Of a stretch of 51,668 nucleotides of DNA, positions 39,220-49,276 are shown piece by piece; positions within the stretch are counted from its first letter, which is position 1; each line of letters begins with the position of its first letter. Source of the DNA: an uncultured Thermococci archaeon. Its GTDB lineage: Archaea; Methanobacteriota_B; Thermococci; Thermococcales; Thermococcaceae. The notes under the pieces were generated by a model that searched no databases, was not told where the DNA came from, and worked only from the letters and a program-made list of their open reading frames with translations. The translations under genes and the position numbers were made by a program. The stretch is taken from positions 1 to 51,668 of the forward strand of contig CAZAPD010000016.1 in the NCBI GenBank assembly GCA_964487115.1, in the 5' to 3' direction.

Positions 39220-39855
39220 ATGCCACTAACACGCAGGGAAGTCATTAGGAAACTCTGGCACATCACTCCGGGCGTTTTGGGTGCTCCTATAATATTATTC
39301 ACGCCAAAGTGGATTACTTTGATGGTTGTTTGGATCTTGGCGTTAATATATGCACTTCAACATTTTAAATTGAGAAGGGGATGGAGAATAAGGGTCCCAA
39401 TTGCCGAGATTAGCTATAAACAGATGGCAAGAAAAGATGAATTGGAAGGCAATCACTACTTGGGCAGTTTTCTGTTTTGGATAACCATGGCATTAATCTG
39501 CACAATTTTTCCCAAACTTGTAGCTCTCTCAGCTCTGTGGGTTTCCACTGTAGGAGATTGTTTTAATGCCATAGTTGGTCAGCTTATAGGTGGACCGAGA
39601 ATCCCATGGAACAAAGGAAAAACTGTAATTGGCAGTTTAACAATGTTTATTCTGGCATTTTTAATGCTGATTCTTTCTCATCTTGCAGTTGGAATGGATT
39701 ATGACGTTGAATTTTTAGGTGTGGTAGCTTTAATCGCGGCTCTGATTGAGAGCTTCCCTATATATTCAGCGTGGGATGAGTTCACAGTTCCTATGGCGAC
39801 TGCATTAATGTTGTGGTTGTTCCATGGTGGAGAGTTATTGAACCCGGTCTGGTGA
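39220..39855 (+). CDS. Polyprenol (dolichol/phytol) kinase-like membrane protein
   Basis: RKLWHI, VGDCFNAIVG, KTVIGS and WDEFTVP motifs. Confidence 0.82.
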   Translation: MPLTRREVIRKLWHITPGVLGAPIILFTPKWITLMVVWILALIYALQHFKLRRGWRIRVPIAEISYKQMARKDELEGNHYLGSFLFWITMALICTIFPKLVALSALWVSTVGDCFNAIVGQLIGGPRIPWNKGKTVIGSLTMFILAFLMLILSHLAVGMDYDVEFLGVVALIAALIESFPIYSAWDEFTVPMATALMLWLFHGGELLNPVW

Positions 39856-40704
39856 TCATGTTTTTATTTCTAAGTATCTCTTCTTCATGAGCAGAGCGTC
39901 CTCCTCTATATTGGGACTCTCGCTTATGACGACTCCCTTAATGCGGAACTCTTTTAAAACTCGTAGCAGATCTTCCCATCTCATATCACTCTCCTGCAGG
40001 TTGAGATGGTTTCTCTCTCCCTTTTCTCCATAGTTTATCCCGCTTATGTGTATGTGCATGTTGTCCAGTGCATCCCTTCCCAGCTGTTCTTCTATATAGC
40101 TGAGCATCTCGCGCCACTCTTCACTGGTGTTGCACTTACCCCTGTTCCTGGCATGAGCATGGGCAAAGTCTATGGCGGGCAGAACCATTTCTATTTCTTG
40201 ACTGAGCTTTACGAGCTCTTTCAGATCTCCAAACTGTGTCGCTTTTCCTGTGAGTTCGGGTCTTATCCAGATTTCTATCCCCCTGTTCTGGAGATGTCTG
40301 ACAATATCTGCTATTTCATTTTTTATCTTTGCATAAACGCTCTCAGAGGGTTGTTTTAGATAGTAGCCTGCATGGAAAACAACACTCCATCCACCGGCAT
40401 CGTAGAGCCTTTCAGCACTTTGGATGATTCTTTTTTTACTGGCTTCCACCTTTGCTTTTTCGCTCGCATTGAGGTTTATGTAATAGGGTGCATGAGCAGT
40501 AAGGAGAATATCATTTTTCTGAGCGATATATTTTATCTTTTTAGCTAATTCGGGCCTTAAATTAACTCCTCTGACGAATTCAAGCTCCATCGCATCAAGT
40601 CCCAGATTTTTCACATGAATTATACCGTCTATTGTAGAGCGTTTGGGGGTGGAGAGGGGAATACCTGCTGTTCCAAAGCGAAGCCTGTCTGGTTTAACCT
40701 TCAT
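39856..40704 (-). CDS. nfo: Endonuclease IV (AP endonuclease)
   Basis: HAPYYINL, VFHAG, PELTGK, DFAHAHA, HIHISG and ISESP metal ligands. Confidence 0.92.
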   Translation of the reverse strand: MKVKPDRLRFGTAGIPLSTPKRSTIDGIIHVKNLGLDAMELEFVRGVNLRPELAKKIKYIAQKNDILLTAHAPYYINLNASEKAKVEASKKRIIQSAERLYDAGGWSVVFHAGYYLKQPSESVYAKIKNEIADIVRHLQNRGIEIWIRPELTGKATQFGDLKELVKLSQEIEMVLPAIDFAHAHARNRGKCNTSEEWREMLSYIEEQLGRDALDNMHIHISGINYGEKGERNHLNLQESDMRWEDLLRVLKEFRIKGVVISESPNIEEDALLMKKRYLEIKT

Positions 40705-40721
40705 TCCAATCACCATGATAA

Positions 40722-40739
40722 AATTAGGCTTTCCTAATT
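40722..40739. promoter_or_regulatory. Palindrome AATTAGG-CTTT-CCTAATT between the TATA box and start of endonuclease IV
   Basis: Perfect 7-4-7 inverted repeat containing TTAGG-N4-CCTAA. Confidence 0.5.
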
Positions 40740-40745
40740 AAAAAC

Positions 40746-41810
40746 CTATCTCCTCTCAATCTTTGTTCCTAAAATCTCCTCAAGCTTTTTAATGCTCTCT
40801 TCATACTCTGCCTCAAGTTTTTCAAGTCTTTCTCTGAGCTTTATAATCTGCTCCTCTTTCTCTTGAAGCTTTCTCTTTAGCATTTCAATTTCCTCTTCAA
40901 GCTCTTTGCCATCTGAGATTATTTCTTCTCTCTCTTCTCTTCTCTTGCTTAATTGTTTCCTCTTTTCTATGATTTCTTCTGCTTTCTCTTTTAGGTTATC
41001 CAGAAGCCATTCCGCTGTTTTCTTATACTTACCTTCAAGCCGTGGATAAATCCTCATGAGGAAGGACAGAAACTCATCAGGATGCTCGATTCCATAATAG
41101 CTGTTTTCTATAACCCTGTTAGCAATCTCCTCTCCAGTGCGCATTCTTTTTATCGGTTTTTGAAGTTTGGAAATTTTTGATCTCAGTTCAAGCTCCTTCT
41201 TTTTTACTTCTCTCCCAATCCTGTTGATTTCCTTCTCTAACCCTTCAAGATCAGCCTCTTTATAGAATCTCTCCAGTTCATCTTTTCTTCTCTTTATGTC
41301 AATTTCAATCTCTTTTTTCTCTTCAGTTAGGAGCTCGATTTCCTTGGATATCTCTTCTCTCTCCTTGTCCATATCCTCAAGCTTTATCACTGGCATCTGA
41401 GTTTTGTTGATTTTCTCCAAATATTCTTGGTATTCTTCGGACATTCTCTTCAGTATCTTGTTTATGGCGTAGATATCTTTTTCAAAGAGTATGAGGAGGT
41501 ATTTGCCATGAGAAACGTGTAACTTGGAAAGCTCGGGGAGAAGTTTTCCAAAATCTTCGATGGTTTCAACTTTCTCCAGCATCCGCTTCAGAGTTGAAGC
41601 ATACATTCTTTTCTCAGCGCTCACAATCTTTTTAATCCTATCATCAACATCCAGGGGAATTTCCTTTTGCTCCAGATTATCTATTTTTTTCAATATTTCC
41701 TTTTTGTCCTTATTCAGTTTCTTATTGTATTTTTCTTTAATTTTAGCACGTTCTTTTTTTAATTTTTCAACTTTCTTTTCATACTCCCTCAGTGCTTGTT
41801 CCAGTCTCAA
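40746..41810 (-). CDS. Long coiled-coil protein
   Basis: E/K-rich heptads throughout; no Walker motifs. Confidence 0.75.
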   Translation of the reverse strand: MRLEQALREYEKKVEKLKKERAKIKEKYNKKLNKDKKEILKKIDNLEQKEIPLDVDDRIKKIVSAEKRMYASTLKRMLEKVETIEDFGKLLPELSKLHVSHGKYLLILFEKDIYAINKILKRMSEEYQEYLEKINKTQMPVIKLEDMDKEREEISKEIELLTEEKKEIEIDIKRRKDELERFYKEADLEGLEKEINRIGREVKKKELELRSKISKLQKPIKRMRTGEEIANRVIENSYYGIEHPDEFLSFLMRIYPRLEGKYKKTAEWLLDNLKEKAEEIIEKRKQLSKRREEREEIISDGKELEEEIEMLKRKLQEKEEQIIKLRERLEKLEAEYEESIKKLEEILGTKIERR

Positions 41811-42918
41811 CTTCCTCCCAACCTTTAACTTTTTCCTTGAGATACATTCCTATGAGGACACTTATAATTAGATCGATAATTCCTATGAGAGCTTTTTTAA
41901 ACACTTCAAATTCTGAAAGAGCTATTATTGACATTGCATAACGAGTTGTTAAGTCTATCGTAACCCAGAATGCAGGTAGAATTAGGATACCCGAAACATA
42001 ATACCATAGGTGGTGATCTCTCTTCATGTATGCCTGAATTACCTTTCCAAGTATCATGACCCCTATTCCGATGACGAATGGGGTGTTTATGGCATTTATA
42101 TACAGTAACACCTGAAGTAAATCTGTACCGGGTAGAAAACCCAGTACTTTCTCCGCTATTGATTCAAGATAGAGGTAAACATTTATAGCACCTGCGACCA
42201 TGATTAAGAATCCTGCAATAAATGAGACGAGAGGAATGAACTGTTTGGTGACTGTTTCTCTGACGGAAAATTTGAACCTGAAGCCTTTAGTAAAGAAGTA
42301 CCCTCCGACTAAAAATAAGATTGTCCCGGTTACGGTTGCTGAAATGACATTGACACTCTGAGGATATTTTATTGAAATTAACCGGGCGATTCCATAGAGA
42401 AGGAGTATAAGTCCGGGTATCCCAAGAAATACTTTCGCTGCCTCAGGATCACTGAGTATCTCCTTGATGTAGCGGTAAATGATGTAGTACGTGGTCTCTA
42501 TTCCCTCGCTCTGCTTAACCACAACACGACGTGAGCTTATTATAGGAATGCGAGAGGTTATTATAGGGAAAATCTGTTCATCTTCAGCACCATCCGTAAC
42601 GGGAATGACTCCCTCGGCCGGGAATTTCTCCAGAACTATATCAAGTTGTCTTGTAAGTTCAAGGTCGCTCTTAACCCCGACATCGTGATGGCCAGTGATG
42701 AGTGCAACTTCCACATCATCAAATTCTCCGCTTTCTTTAAGCTCTCCGTAAAGCTTAACGGCAGCATAAACAACATTTGCATCACTATCTTCAGGATCAG
42801 CTAAGCTGAGCTTGAGAGCAGCGTCTATGCATGCATCTTTCCCGATGACAGGTGCGCTTATGCCAGCTTTAACTCCAAAATCATCATCCCTGTCAATGGC
42901 CAAAATCAATACTTTAAT
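41779..42918 (-). CDS. DUF373-family membrane protein
   Basis: IDRDDD, DPEDSDAN, TDGAEDE and VVVKQSEGIETTYY motifs; start probably ATT at 42918 (TTG 42909 in ORF track). Confidence 0.85.
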   Translation of the reverse strand: MKVLILAIDRDDDFGVKAGISAPVIGKDACIDAALKLSLADPEDSDANVVYAAVKLYGELKESGEFDDVEVALITGHHDVGVKSDLELTRQLDIVLEKFPAEGVIPVTDGAEDEQIFPIITSRIPIISSRRVVVKQSEGIETTYYIIYRYIKEILSDPEAAKVFLGIPGLILLLYGIARLISIKYPQSVNVISATVTGTILFLVGGYFFTKGFRFKFSVRETVTKQFIPLVSFIAGFLIMVAGAINVYLYLESIAEKVLGFLPGTDLLQVLLYINAINTPFVIGIGVMILGKVIQAYMKRDHHLWYYVSGILILPAFWVTIDLTTRYAMSIIALSEFEVFKKALIGIIDLIISVLIGMYLKEKVKGWEEVETGTSTEGV

Positions 42919-42949
42919 TTTTAACCCTCCCGGGGCTTTTTAAAGATTG

Positions 42950-43175
42950 ATTACTGAGCATTTTATCCCGCCTGTTATCAATCCTTATTATAGTGGAGGT
43001 TTGTTTTGCTTTATTTTAGACATAGATTCATAGGCTGCCGTTGTAATTTAGGTCCTTTTTAGTGGCTATTGGAATCAATTGATACTTAACACCCTTTTTC
43101 TCTAAAAACTTTACTACCTCCACTGTGTATCTGCTGGAACTCATCTCGCCCATAGGGATTACATCAAGCTCATTT
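42950..43175 (-). pseudogene. MTH1187/YkoF thiamine-binding-family pseudogene
   Basis: ELDVIPMGEMSSSRYTVEVVKFLEKKGVKYQLIPIAT, then a stop at 43028, then TIIRIDNRRDK at ~42962-42994. Confidence 0.7.
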
Positions 43176-43291
43176 CGACATCAGGCTAATCTTAATTCGG
43201 CAATCTTTTAAGCTTTACCATTTCCCCTTCTCATAAATCTCAAAAGGAACTCATGAAGAAGTTTTCAGTGATAGCTCTGGGGATTATCTTT

Positions 43292-44455
43292 CTAAATGCC
43301 CCCTGTCATCATGGCAATAGCATCATCGATTAATTCATCTATGTCTTTATTGGGGCTTTTTGCTTTTAACTTTTTAACAAGTCTGACGATGTTATTAACT
43401 GCAGGAAGTGTTCTAAGCTCTTTAGGTATGCTCCCAACGGTGGGTATGGAAGGTTTTACTCCAAGTTTAGTGTGTATTAACCTTTCAATTTCACTGGCAT
43501 GCAGTTCTGGGAGTAATACAAGTATCGGGAAGTTCATCTCTGCATACTTGGATGAATCCCGAGTTTCAACAATCAGAATGAAATCCACCGGAACCTCGTA
43601 GCGTTTACCTTCAAGTTTGAACCTGAAATATCCCCTTCGTTTAATACTCAAAAGTTTTTGTACGAGACCAATTGGAGGTTCATTAAGTATTAAGTATCCC
43701 TTGTTTGCTTTTAGGAAGAGCGGAGCGGAGTACATATTTCTTCCAATCTCTCTCAATTCAAAATCAGAGAGATCATCGGAATATGCATCCCAGTATATCA
43801 CCGGAACCTTAACGATAACGTGATCCCCTAAGTTTGATACTCTTTCATGAAATATACCATCATAAATCAGGATACGATGGTGGTCAAAATCCATGTATGT
43901 GGGTATTTTTACATTTCCTTTGATGATGATATTCAAGAATTCCTCAAGATCAACACTGGCTTTGTTTTCTACTAAAACATCCTCTCGAAGTTCAAAGAGC
44001 TTAAGCTTTTCGATGTATGGATAACTCTGGACTTCGCTTAAGTCAATTCTTATTGAGCCCTCTCCTAAATCGACTTCCTGCCCTATAGTACTTATCTCCG
44101 GGAGTATCGTTTTGCTAACAGCTGTGATTTGGTACAGGACATCTCGACCGGAAGTATATAGCACACCGTTTGAAATAAGCTTTAGACCCAATCTGGCCAA
44201 GTTTGCAGAAAGTTCTTTTTCTGTTCTTGTACCTATCATGGCTTTTCCGCTTACATTTTCCTCTCCCTGATCAATAACAACAAAATCTGCTGGATGCAGG
44301 CCTCTTCTGAAGAAGAACTCTTCAAGCACTTCCATAGCCTTCTCTTTATTCTCTCCATAAACCTTAATGAATTCGACTGTGCCATCCCGTCTAATTCCAA
44401 CAAATACTAATGAGTCATACCTTTCCTTTGGAATTTCAACATCTTCCATTATCAT
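43292..44455 (-). CDS. Hypothetical protein with degenerate AAA+-like C-terminal domain
   Basis: LFLKANKGYLILNE...YEVPVDFILIVET resembles MoxR/MCM-clade Walker B and sensor-1 regions; no Walker A. Confidence 0.65.
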   Translation of the reverse strand: MIMEDVEIPKERYDSLVFVGIRRDGTVEFIKVYGENKEKAMEVLEEFFFRRGLHPADFVVIDQGEENVSGKAMIGTRTEKELSANLARLGLKLISNGVLYTSGRDVLYQITAVSKTILPEISTIGQEVDLGEGSIRIDLSEVQSYPYIEKLKLFELREDVLVENKASVDLEEFLNIIIKGNVKIPTYMDFDHHRILIYDGIFHERVSNLGDHVIVKVPVIYWDAYSDDLSDFELREIGRNMYSAPLFLKANKGYLILNEPPIGLVQKLLSIKRRGYFRFKLEGKRYEVPVDFILIVETRDSSKYAEMNFPILVLLPELHASEIERLIHTKLGVKPSIPTVGSIPKELRTLPAVNNIVRLVKKLKAKSPNKDIDELIDDAIAMMTGGI

Positions 44456-44460
44456 CTCCC

Positions 44461-44973
44461 TCAGAGACTCATAGCCCCAAGCAGATTATTATTATCGATA
44501 TCTATTATTTTAACCTCTCTTTTCTTGGTATCGAGCAGGGCAACACTTTTTACTCCACTAACATAACCGCAAACTTCTCCCGGATTTATGAGAATTGTCC
44601 TACCGCACTCCCTTATTTCATATCTATGCGTGTGGCCCCTTATTAAGATGTCATAGAGATGACTCCGTGCAAGGGCATTGATTACCCTCTCATCAGTTCC
44701 GTGGATAACTACTATTTTCATGCCATCAACATTGAGCTCTAAGATTTCATCCTCTATTCCAAGGACATTCTTTAAACCAGCTCGCTCACCATCATTGTTT
44801 CCAAAAACCCCTTTCAATGGCGCCTTGAGTTTTGAGAATTCCTTGGCTGTAAATGGAGCAATATAGTCTCCTGCATGGACAACAAGGTCAACCCTGCTTT
44901 CATTAAACACTTCAACAGCCTTTCTTATTGCCTGTAAATTGTCATGGGTGTCACTCATGATCCCAATTAGCAT
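44461..44973 (-). CDS. MJ0936/YfcE-family metallophosphoesterase
   Basis: SDTHDN, HAGD, GNND, HG, GHTH and NPGE motifs. Confidence 0.92.
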   Translation of the reverse strand: MLIGIMSDTHDNLQAIRKAVEVFNESRVDLVVHAGDYIAPFTAKEFSKLKAPLKGVFGNNDGERAGLKNVLGIEDEILELNVDGMKIVVIHGTDERVINALARSHLYDILIRGHTHRYEIRECGRTILINPGEVCGYVSGVKSVALLDTKKREVKIIDIDNNNLLGAMSL

Positions 44974-45073
44974 TGCACCACCTAAAGGATATTTCTACGT
45001 TTAAGTTTATAGGCTTAACTAAAAGTGAGAAAGTTTAAGAGATGAATGAGATACATCCATAGAGATGATGGGC

Positions 45074-45568
45074 ATGTTTATGGGAAGAGCACTCATAGCG
45101 GTCAAGATATTGAAACCCTTCAGAGACTGGAAAACTGGGGATAGAATAATAATTGAGGATTGGAAAGCAAAAGAGCTGTGGGAAGCTGGAGTAGTGGAGG
45201 TTCTCGATGAAACTGACAAGATTCTTGGGGAGATTGAGAGGGCGATAAGGGAGGAACTGCAGAATGAGCCTCTAATGCCCCTGCCGGCTGGTCTTTATGA
45301 AAGGGCTGAGTTTTATATGTATTATCTGGAGAACTATGTCAGAATGAACGCGGGAGAAAGTATTGAAACTATAAACGTTAAGTTAACAAAGCTGGCCAAT
45401 CTCAAGAAAAAGCTGAGAGATTTGAAGATTATAAGATTTAGAAAGATTCTTGAATCTGTAATGCAGAGGCCTAACAGCCTTGAAATACTCTCTCGCCTCT
45501 CACCAGAGGAGAGGAGGGCTTATCTGGAGCTTTCCAGCATAAGGGACGAATGGCTGGGTGAGAGCTGA
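45074..45568 (+). CDS. GINS23 subunit
   Basis: BA-type GINS (WKAKELWEAG; LSPEER), stop overlaps the MCM start. Confidence 0.88.
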   Translation: MFMGRALIAVKILKPFRDWKTGDRIIIEDWKAKELWEAGVVEVLDETDKILGEIERAIREELQNEPLMPLPAGLYERAEFYMYYLENYVRMNAGESIETINVKLTKLANLKKKLRDLKIIRFRKILESVMQRPNSLEILSRLSPEERRAYLELSSIRDEWLGES

Positions 45569-48500
45569 TGGATAGGGAAGAAATGATAGAAAGATATGCT
45601 CGCTTCTTCAGGGAATATGTGGACGATGAAGGAAAAGAGGTGTATATAAATAAGCTCAGAGATTTGCTCACCATTACACCGAAGCGATCCCTCCCAATAG
45701 ACTGGATGCATCTAAACTCCTATGATCCCGAACTTGCAAATGAGCTTATAGAAAACCCCGAAGAGAGTGTCGGTGCTGCTGAAGATGCCATCCAGATAGT
45801 TCTCAGAGAACCACCCATATTAAAAAAAGAGGAATTCAAGATTCATGCAAGATTTTTCAATCTTCCCAATACCCTTCTGGTCAAGGAGCTGGCGAGTGAG
45901 CATATAAACAGACTCATCCAAGTCGAAGGCATAATCACCCGTGTGAGTGAGGTAAAGCCCTATGTCGCTAAAGCAGTCTTCGTTTGTAAGGACTGTGGAA
46001 ACGAGATGGTACGTCTTCAGAAGCCGTATCAGAACATTATAAAGCCAACAAAGTGTGACGCCTGTGGCTCAAGAAACATTGAACTCGATGTGGATAAAAG
46101 CAGGTTTGTAAACTTCCAGAGCTTTCGCATTCAGGACAGGCCTGAGAGCCTTAAAGGTGGGCAGATGCCTCGTTTTGTGGATGCTATCCTGCTGGATGAC
46201 CTCGTAGATACAGCACTGCCTGGAGATCGGGTTATTGTAACTGGAATCCTTAGGGTTATTCTTGAGCAGAGGGATAAGCGGCCGATTTTCAAGAAGATTC
46301 TTGAGGTCAACCACATAGAGCCTTTAAGCAAAGAAATCGAAGAGCTTGAGATAACTCCTGAAGACGAGCAAAGAATTAGAGAGTTAGCCAAAAGAAAGGA
46401 TGTTGTTGATGTGATAGTGGATTCTATAGCCCCTGCAATCTGGGGTCACAGAGAGGTTAAGAAAGGCATTGCTCTGGCACTGTTTGGAGGAGTGCAGAAG
46501 ATTCTGCCTGATGGAACTAAACTGAGAGGGGAAAGTCACGTTTTACTGGTGGGAGATCCGGGAGTGGCTAAGAGTCAAATTCTTCGCTATGTTGCTAACT
46601 TGGCACCGAGGGCGATTTACACAAGCGGTAAGAGCTCAAGTGCCGCCGGACTTACTGCTGCGGCAGTGCGCGATGAGTTTACAGGCTCATGGGTTCTGGA
46701 GGCAGGTGTTCTTGTGCTGGCAGATGGTGGAATCGCCCTTATAGACGAGTTTGATAAGATGAGCGAGCGTGACAGGAGTGCAATACATGAGGCTCTGGAA
46801 CAGCAGAGCTACCATCACGACTTTGAGCTTCTCTTAGCAGACGGCAGAAAGGTGAAAATAGGTGAGCTTGTTGATTCACTCATCGAAGGGAACTATGAAA
46901 AAGTTATAACTGGGAGAGACACTGAAATCCTGCCTGTTGATGACCTGTATTTGCTCGCCTACGACCTTGAGAAGAAGGAAATCATCAAGGTTAAAGCCAG
47001 TAGCGTGAGCAGACATAAAGCTCCAGAGGAATTCATACGCATAAGATTCTCCAATGGTAGGGAGATAGTCGTGACACCAGAACACCCAATTATGGTTTGG
47101 GAGGATGGAGTAATCCGCGAGAAACCAGCCGAAAAAATTGAGCCTAAAGATATTGTATTTGGAGTCAGGAACTATCCCGTGAAAATAAATGCAATGCAGA
47201 AGAAAGCCTTCAAGGACAGGCGTGAAGCAGAGACTTATCATGACTATCTCTACTCCTGTGGTATTGTGGCGAGGATAAAAAGGATTAATCTGTATTATGT
47301 AGTAGAGCCTGTCGAAAGATTCTTTCCTAAGGAACTCATTGGAGAGCTACTCAAAGCTGGAAGGGCTGTTGGTGTCAGATTAAGAGGGACGGAACGCTCA
47401 AGATTCTACAGGAGAATTGTAAAAGAGAGACATCTTCTGGAATTTTTAGAGAAAGTCAAAGATAGGATATCCACACTTGAGAAGCTTGCAAAGGAAAGGC
47501 CCCAGGACGCTCTTAAGCTGCTTCCAAAAGCTTGGATATACCGCGAGTACGGTATAACTTATGGAGGACTAAAACGCTTGGTTGAGAGTGGAGATGAATT
47601 CGGAATGGGCATCATCCAGAGTGCCATAGTAAAGAGAATAACTGAAGCAAGATGGCATCTCATGAACTTCATGGAGTTCTGGAACAGTAATGTGAACTTC
47701 TTAATGGTCAAAAAAGTTGAAAAAATGCCGAATGATGGCTGGAAGTGGGTTTATGATGTGACTGTTGAACCCTATCACCTTTTCGTGTCTCACGGTCTCG
47801 TTCTCCATAACTCAATAAGCATAGCGAAGGCAGGAATTACAGCCACTTTAAATGCGAGAACAACAGTCATAGCTGCTGCAAATCCAAAGTATGGTCGCTT
47901 TAACAGGCATAAACCCCTACCAGAACAGCTGGATTTGCCACCAACGCTGCTCAGCAGATTTGACCTGATATTCCTTCTCCTCGACGAGCCTGATGAAAAG
48001 ATAGATAGTGAAATCGCCCAGCATATTCTCAAGGTCAGGAAAGGAGAAAGTGAAGTTGTAACTCCTAAGGTGCCTTATGACCTACTCAAAAAGTATATCG
48101 CCTATGCAAGGAAAAACATACATCCTGTCCTCACAAAGGAGGCCATGGAGGAACTTGAGAGATACTATGTAAAGATGAGGAGAAGAATTGGAGGAGGAAG
48201 CGATACAGAGGGTGTAAAACCAATTCCCATAACAGCGAGACAGCTTGAGGCTTTAATCCGTCTGAGTGAGGCGCATGCGAGGATGAGGCTGAGCGAGATA
48301 GTAACGAGACATGACGCCAGAGAGGCCATAAAGATAATGGAAGAGACTCTAAAGAAGATAGCCATCGATGAGGAGGGCATCATGGATATTTCAATCCTTG
48401 AGGTTGGAAAGTCCTCACGGAAGATAAACAAGATTGATAGATTGCTTGAAATTATAGAGAAGCTTCAGGATTCGACGGATTATGGAGCACCCGCTGAGGA

Positions 48501-48624
48501 TATCCTTCAGGAGGCCAGTAAAGCAGGCATCAGCAAACAGGAAGCAAGAAAACTAATAGAAGAACTCGTTGCAAACTCAAGAATATATGAGCCGAGAAAC
48601 GGCTACTACAAGATAGTCGGTTAA
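45568..48624 (+). CDS. mcm: MCM replicative helicase containing one intein
   Basis: Zn finger CKDC/CDAC, GDPGVAKS, IDEFDKM, AAANP, SRFD and TARQLE motifs; insertion after EALEQQ. Confidence 0.97.
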   Translation: MDREEMIERYARFFREYVDDEGKEVYINKLRDLLTITPKRSLPIDWMHLNSYDPELANELIENPEESVGAAEDAIQIVLREPPILKKEEFKIHARFFNLPNTLLVKELASEHINRLIQVEGIITRVSEVKPYVAKAVFVCKDCGNEMVRLQKPYQNIIKPTKCDACGSRNIELDVDKSRFVNFQSFRIQDRPESLKGGQMPRFVDAILLDDLVDTALPGDRVIVTGILRVILEQRDKRPIFKKILEVNHIEPLSKEIEELEITPEDEQRIRELAKRKDVVDVIVDSIAPAIWGHREVKKGIALALFGGVQKILPDGTKLRGESHVLLVGDPGVAKSQILRYVANLAPRAIYTSGKSSSAAGLTAAAVRDEFTGSWVLEAGVLVLADGGIALIDEFDKMSERDRSAIHEALEQQSYHHDFELLLADGRKVKIGELVDSLIEGNYEKVITGRDTEILPVDDLYLLAYDLEKKEIIKVKASSVSRHKAPEEFIRIRFSNGREIVVTPEHPIMVWEDGVIREKPAEKIEPKDIVFGVRNYPVKINAMQKKAFKDRREAETYHDYLYSCGIVARIKRINLYYVVEPVERFFPKELIGELLKAGRAVGVRLRGTERSRFYRRIVKERHLLEFLEKVKDRISTLEKLAKERPQDALKLLPKAWIYREYGITYGGLKRLVESGDEFGMGIIQSAIVKRITEARWHLMNFMEFWNSNVNFLMVKKVEKMPNDGWKWVYDVTVEPYHLFVSHGLVLHNSISIAKAGITATLNARTTVIAAANPKYGRFNRHKPLPEQLDLPPTLLSRFDLIFLLLDEPDEKIDSEIAQHILKVRKGESEVVTPKVPYDLLKKYIAYARKNIHPVLTKEAMEELERYYVKMRRRIGGGSDTEGVKPIPITARQLEALIRLSEAHARMRLSEIVTRHDAREAIKIMEETLKKIAIDEEGIMDISILEVGKSSRKINKIDRLLEIIEKLQDSTDYGAPAEDILQEASKAGISKQEARKLIEELVANSRIYEPRNGYYKIVG
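46807..47811 (+). mobile_element. 335-aa intein in MCM, Ser1-initiated, degenerate endonuclease
   Basis: EQQ|SYHHDFELLLADG...VTPEHP...VYDVTVEPYHLFVSHGLVLHN|SISIAKAG; no intact LAGLIDADG motif visible. Confidence 0.93.
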
Positions 48625-48728
48625 CACTACAGGTACTACGGAGACTTTATAAACTGAGAATGACTGCTCCTTGGTTAACACCAAAGATTATAAATGCCAA
48701 TGCATATGGGGACTAAGGAGGTGTTAAG

Positions 48729-49160
48729 ATGGATGAGAAAAAAGTTGACTTTTATGATTACGAGACCTTACTTGATAAAGCGTATGACGAATTACCGGAG
48801 AATGTGAAGCACCACACATCCAGATTTGAGGTACCTGCTGCTATAGTCAATATTGAAGGTAACAAGACAATAATCGAAAACTTCAAGGACATAGCTGAGG
48901 CTCTGAACAGGGATCCCAGTCATTTACTCAAGTTTATTCTGAGAGAAGTTGCAACTGCAGGAACGCTTGAAGGGAGGAGGGTAGTGCTTCAAGGTCGCTT
49001 TACGCCCTATCTCATAGCTAATAAGATGAAAAAATACCTCAAGGAATACGTCATCTGTCCTGTGTGCGGTTCGCCGGATACAAAGATAGTCAAAAAAGGC
49101 CGCTTTCACTTTCTTAAATGTGAGGCCTGCGGCGCTGAGACTCCAATAGCCCATCTTTAA
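48729..49160 (+). CDS. eif2b: Translation initiation factor aIF2 beta subunit
   Basis: [10 protein letters not shown] and [12 protein letters not shown]...CEACGA Zn ribbon. Confidence 0.95.
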   Translation: MDEKKVDFYDYETLLDKAYDELPENVKHHTSRFEVPAAIVNIEGNKTIIENFKDIAEALNRDPSHLLKFILREVATAGTLEGRRVVLQGRFTPYLIANKMKKYLKEYVICPVCGSPDTKIVKKGRFHFLKCEACGAETPIAHL

Positions 49161-49276
49161 AAATCTTCTCTAATGTTCTTTTATATTCCATCTGAACTAT
49201 TAAAATCATGGAAACCCTTTTAAACTTTACAAACGACAAACTTTCAGGTTCATGTCATGTAAAAGGAGGAGTTCTT

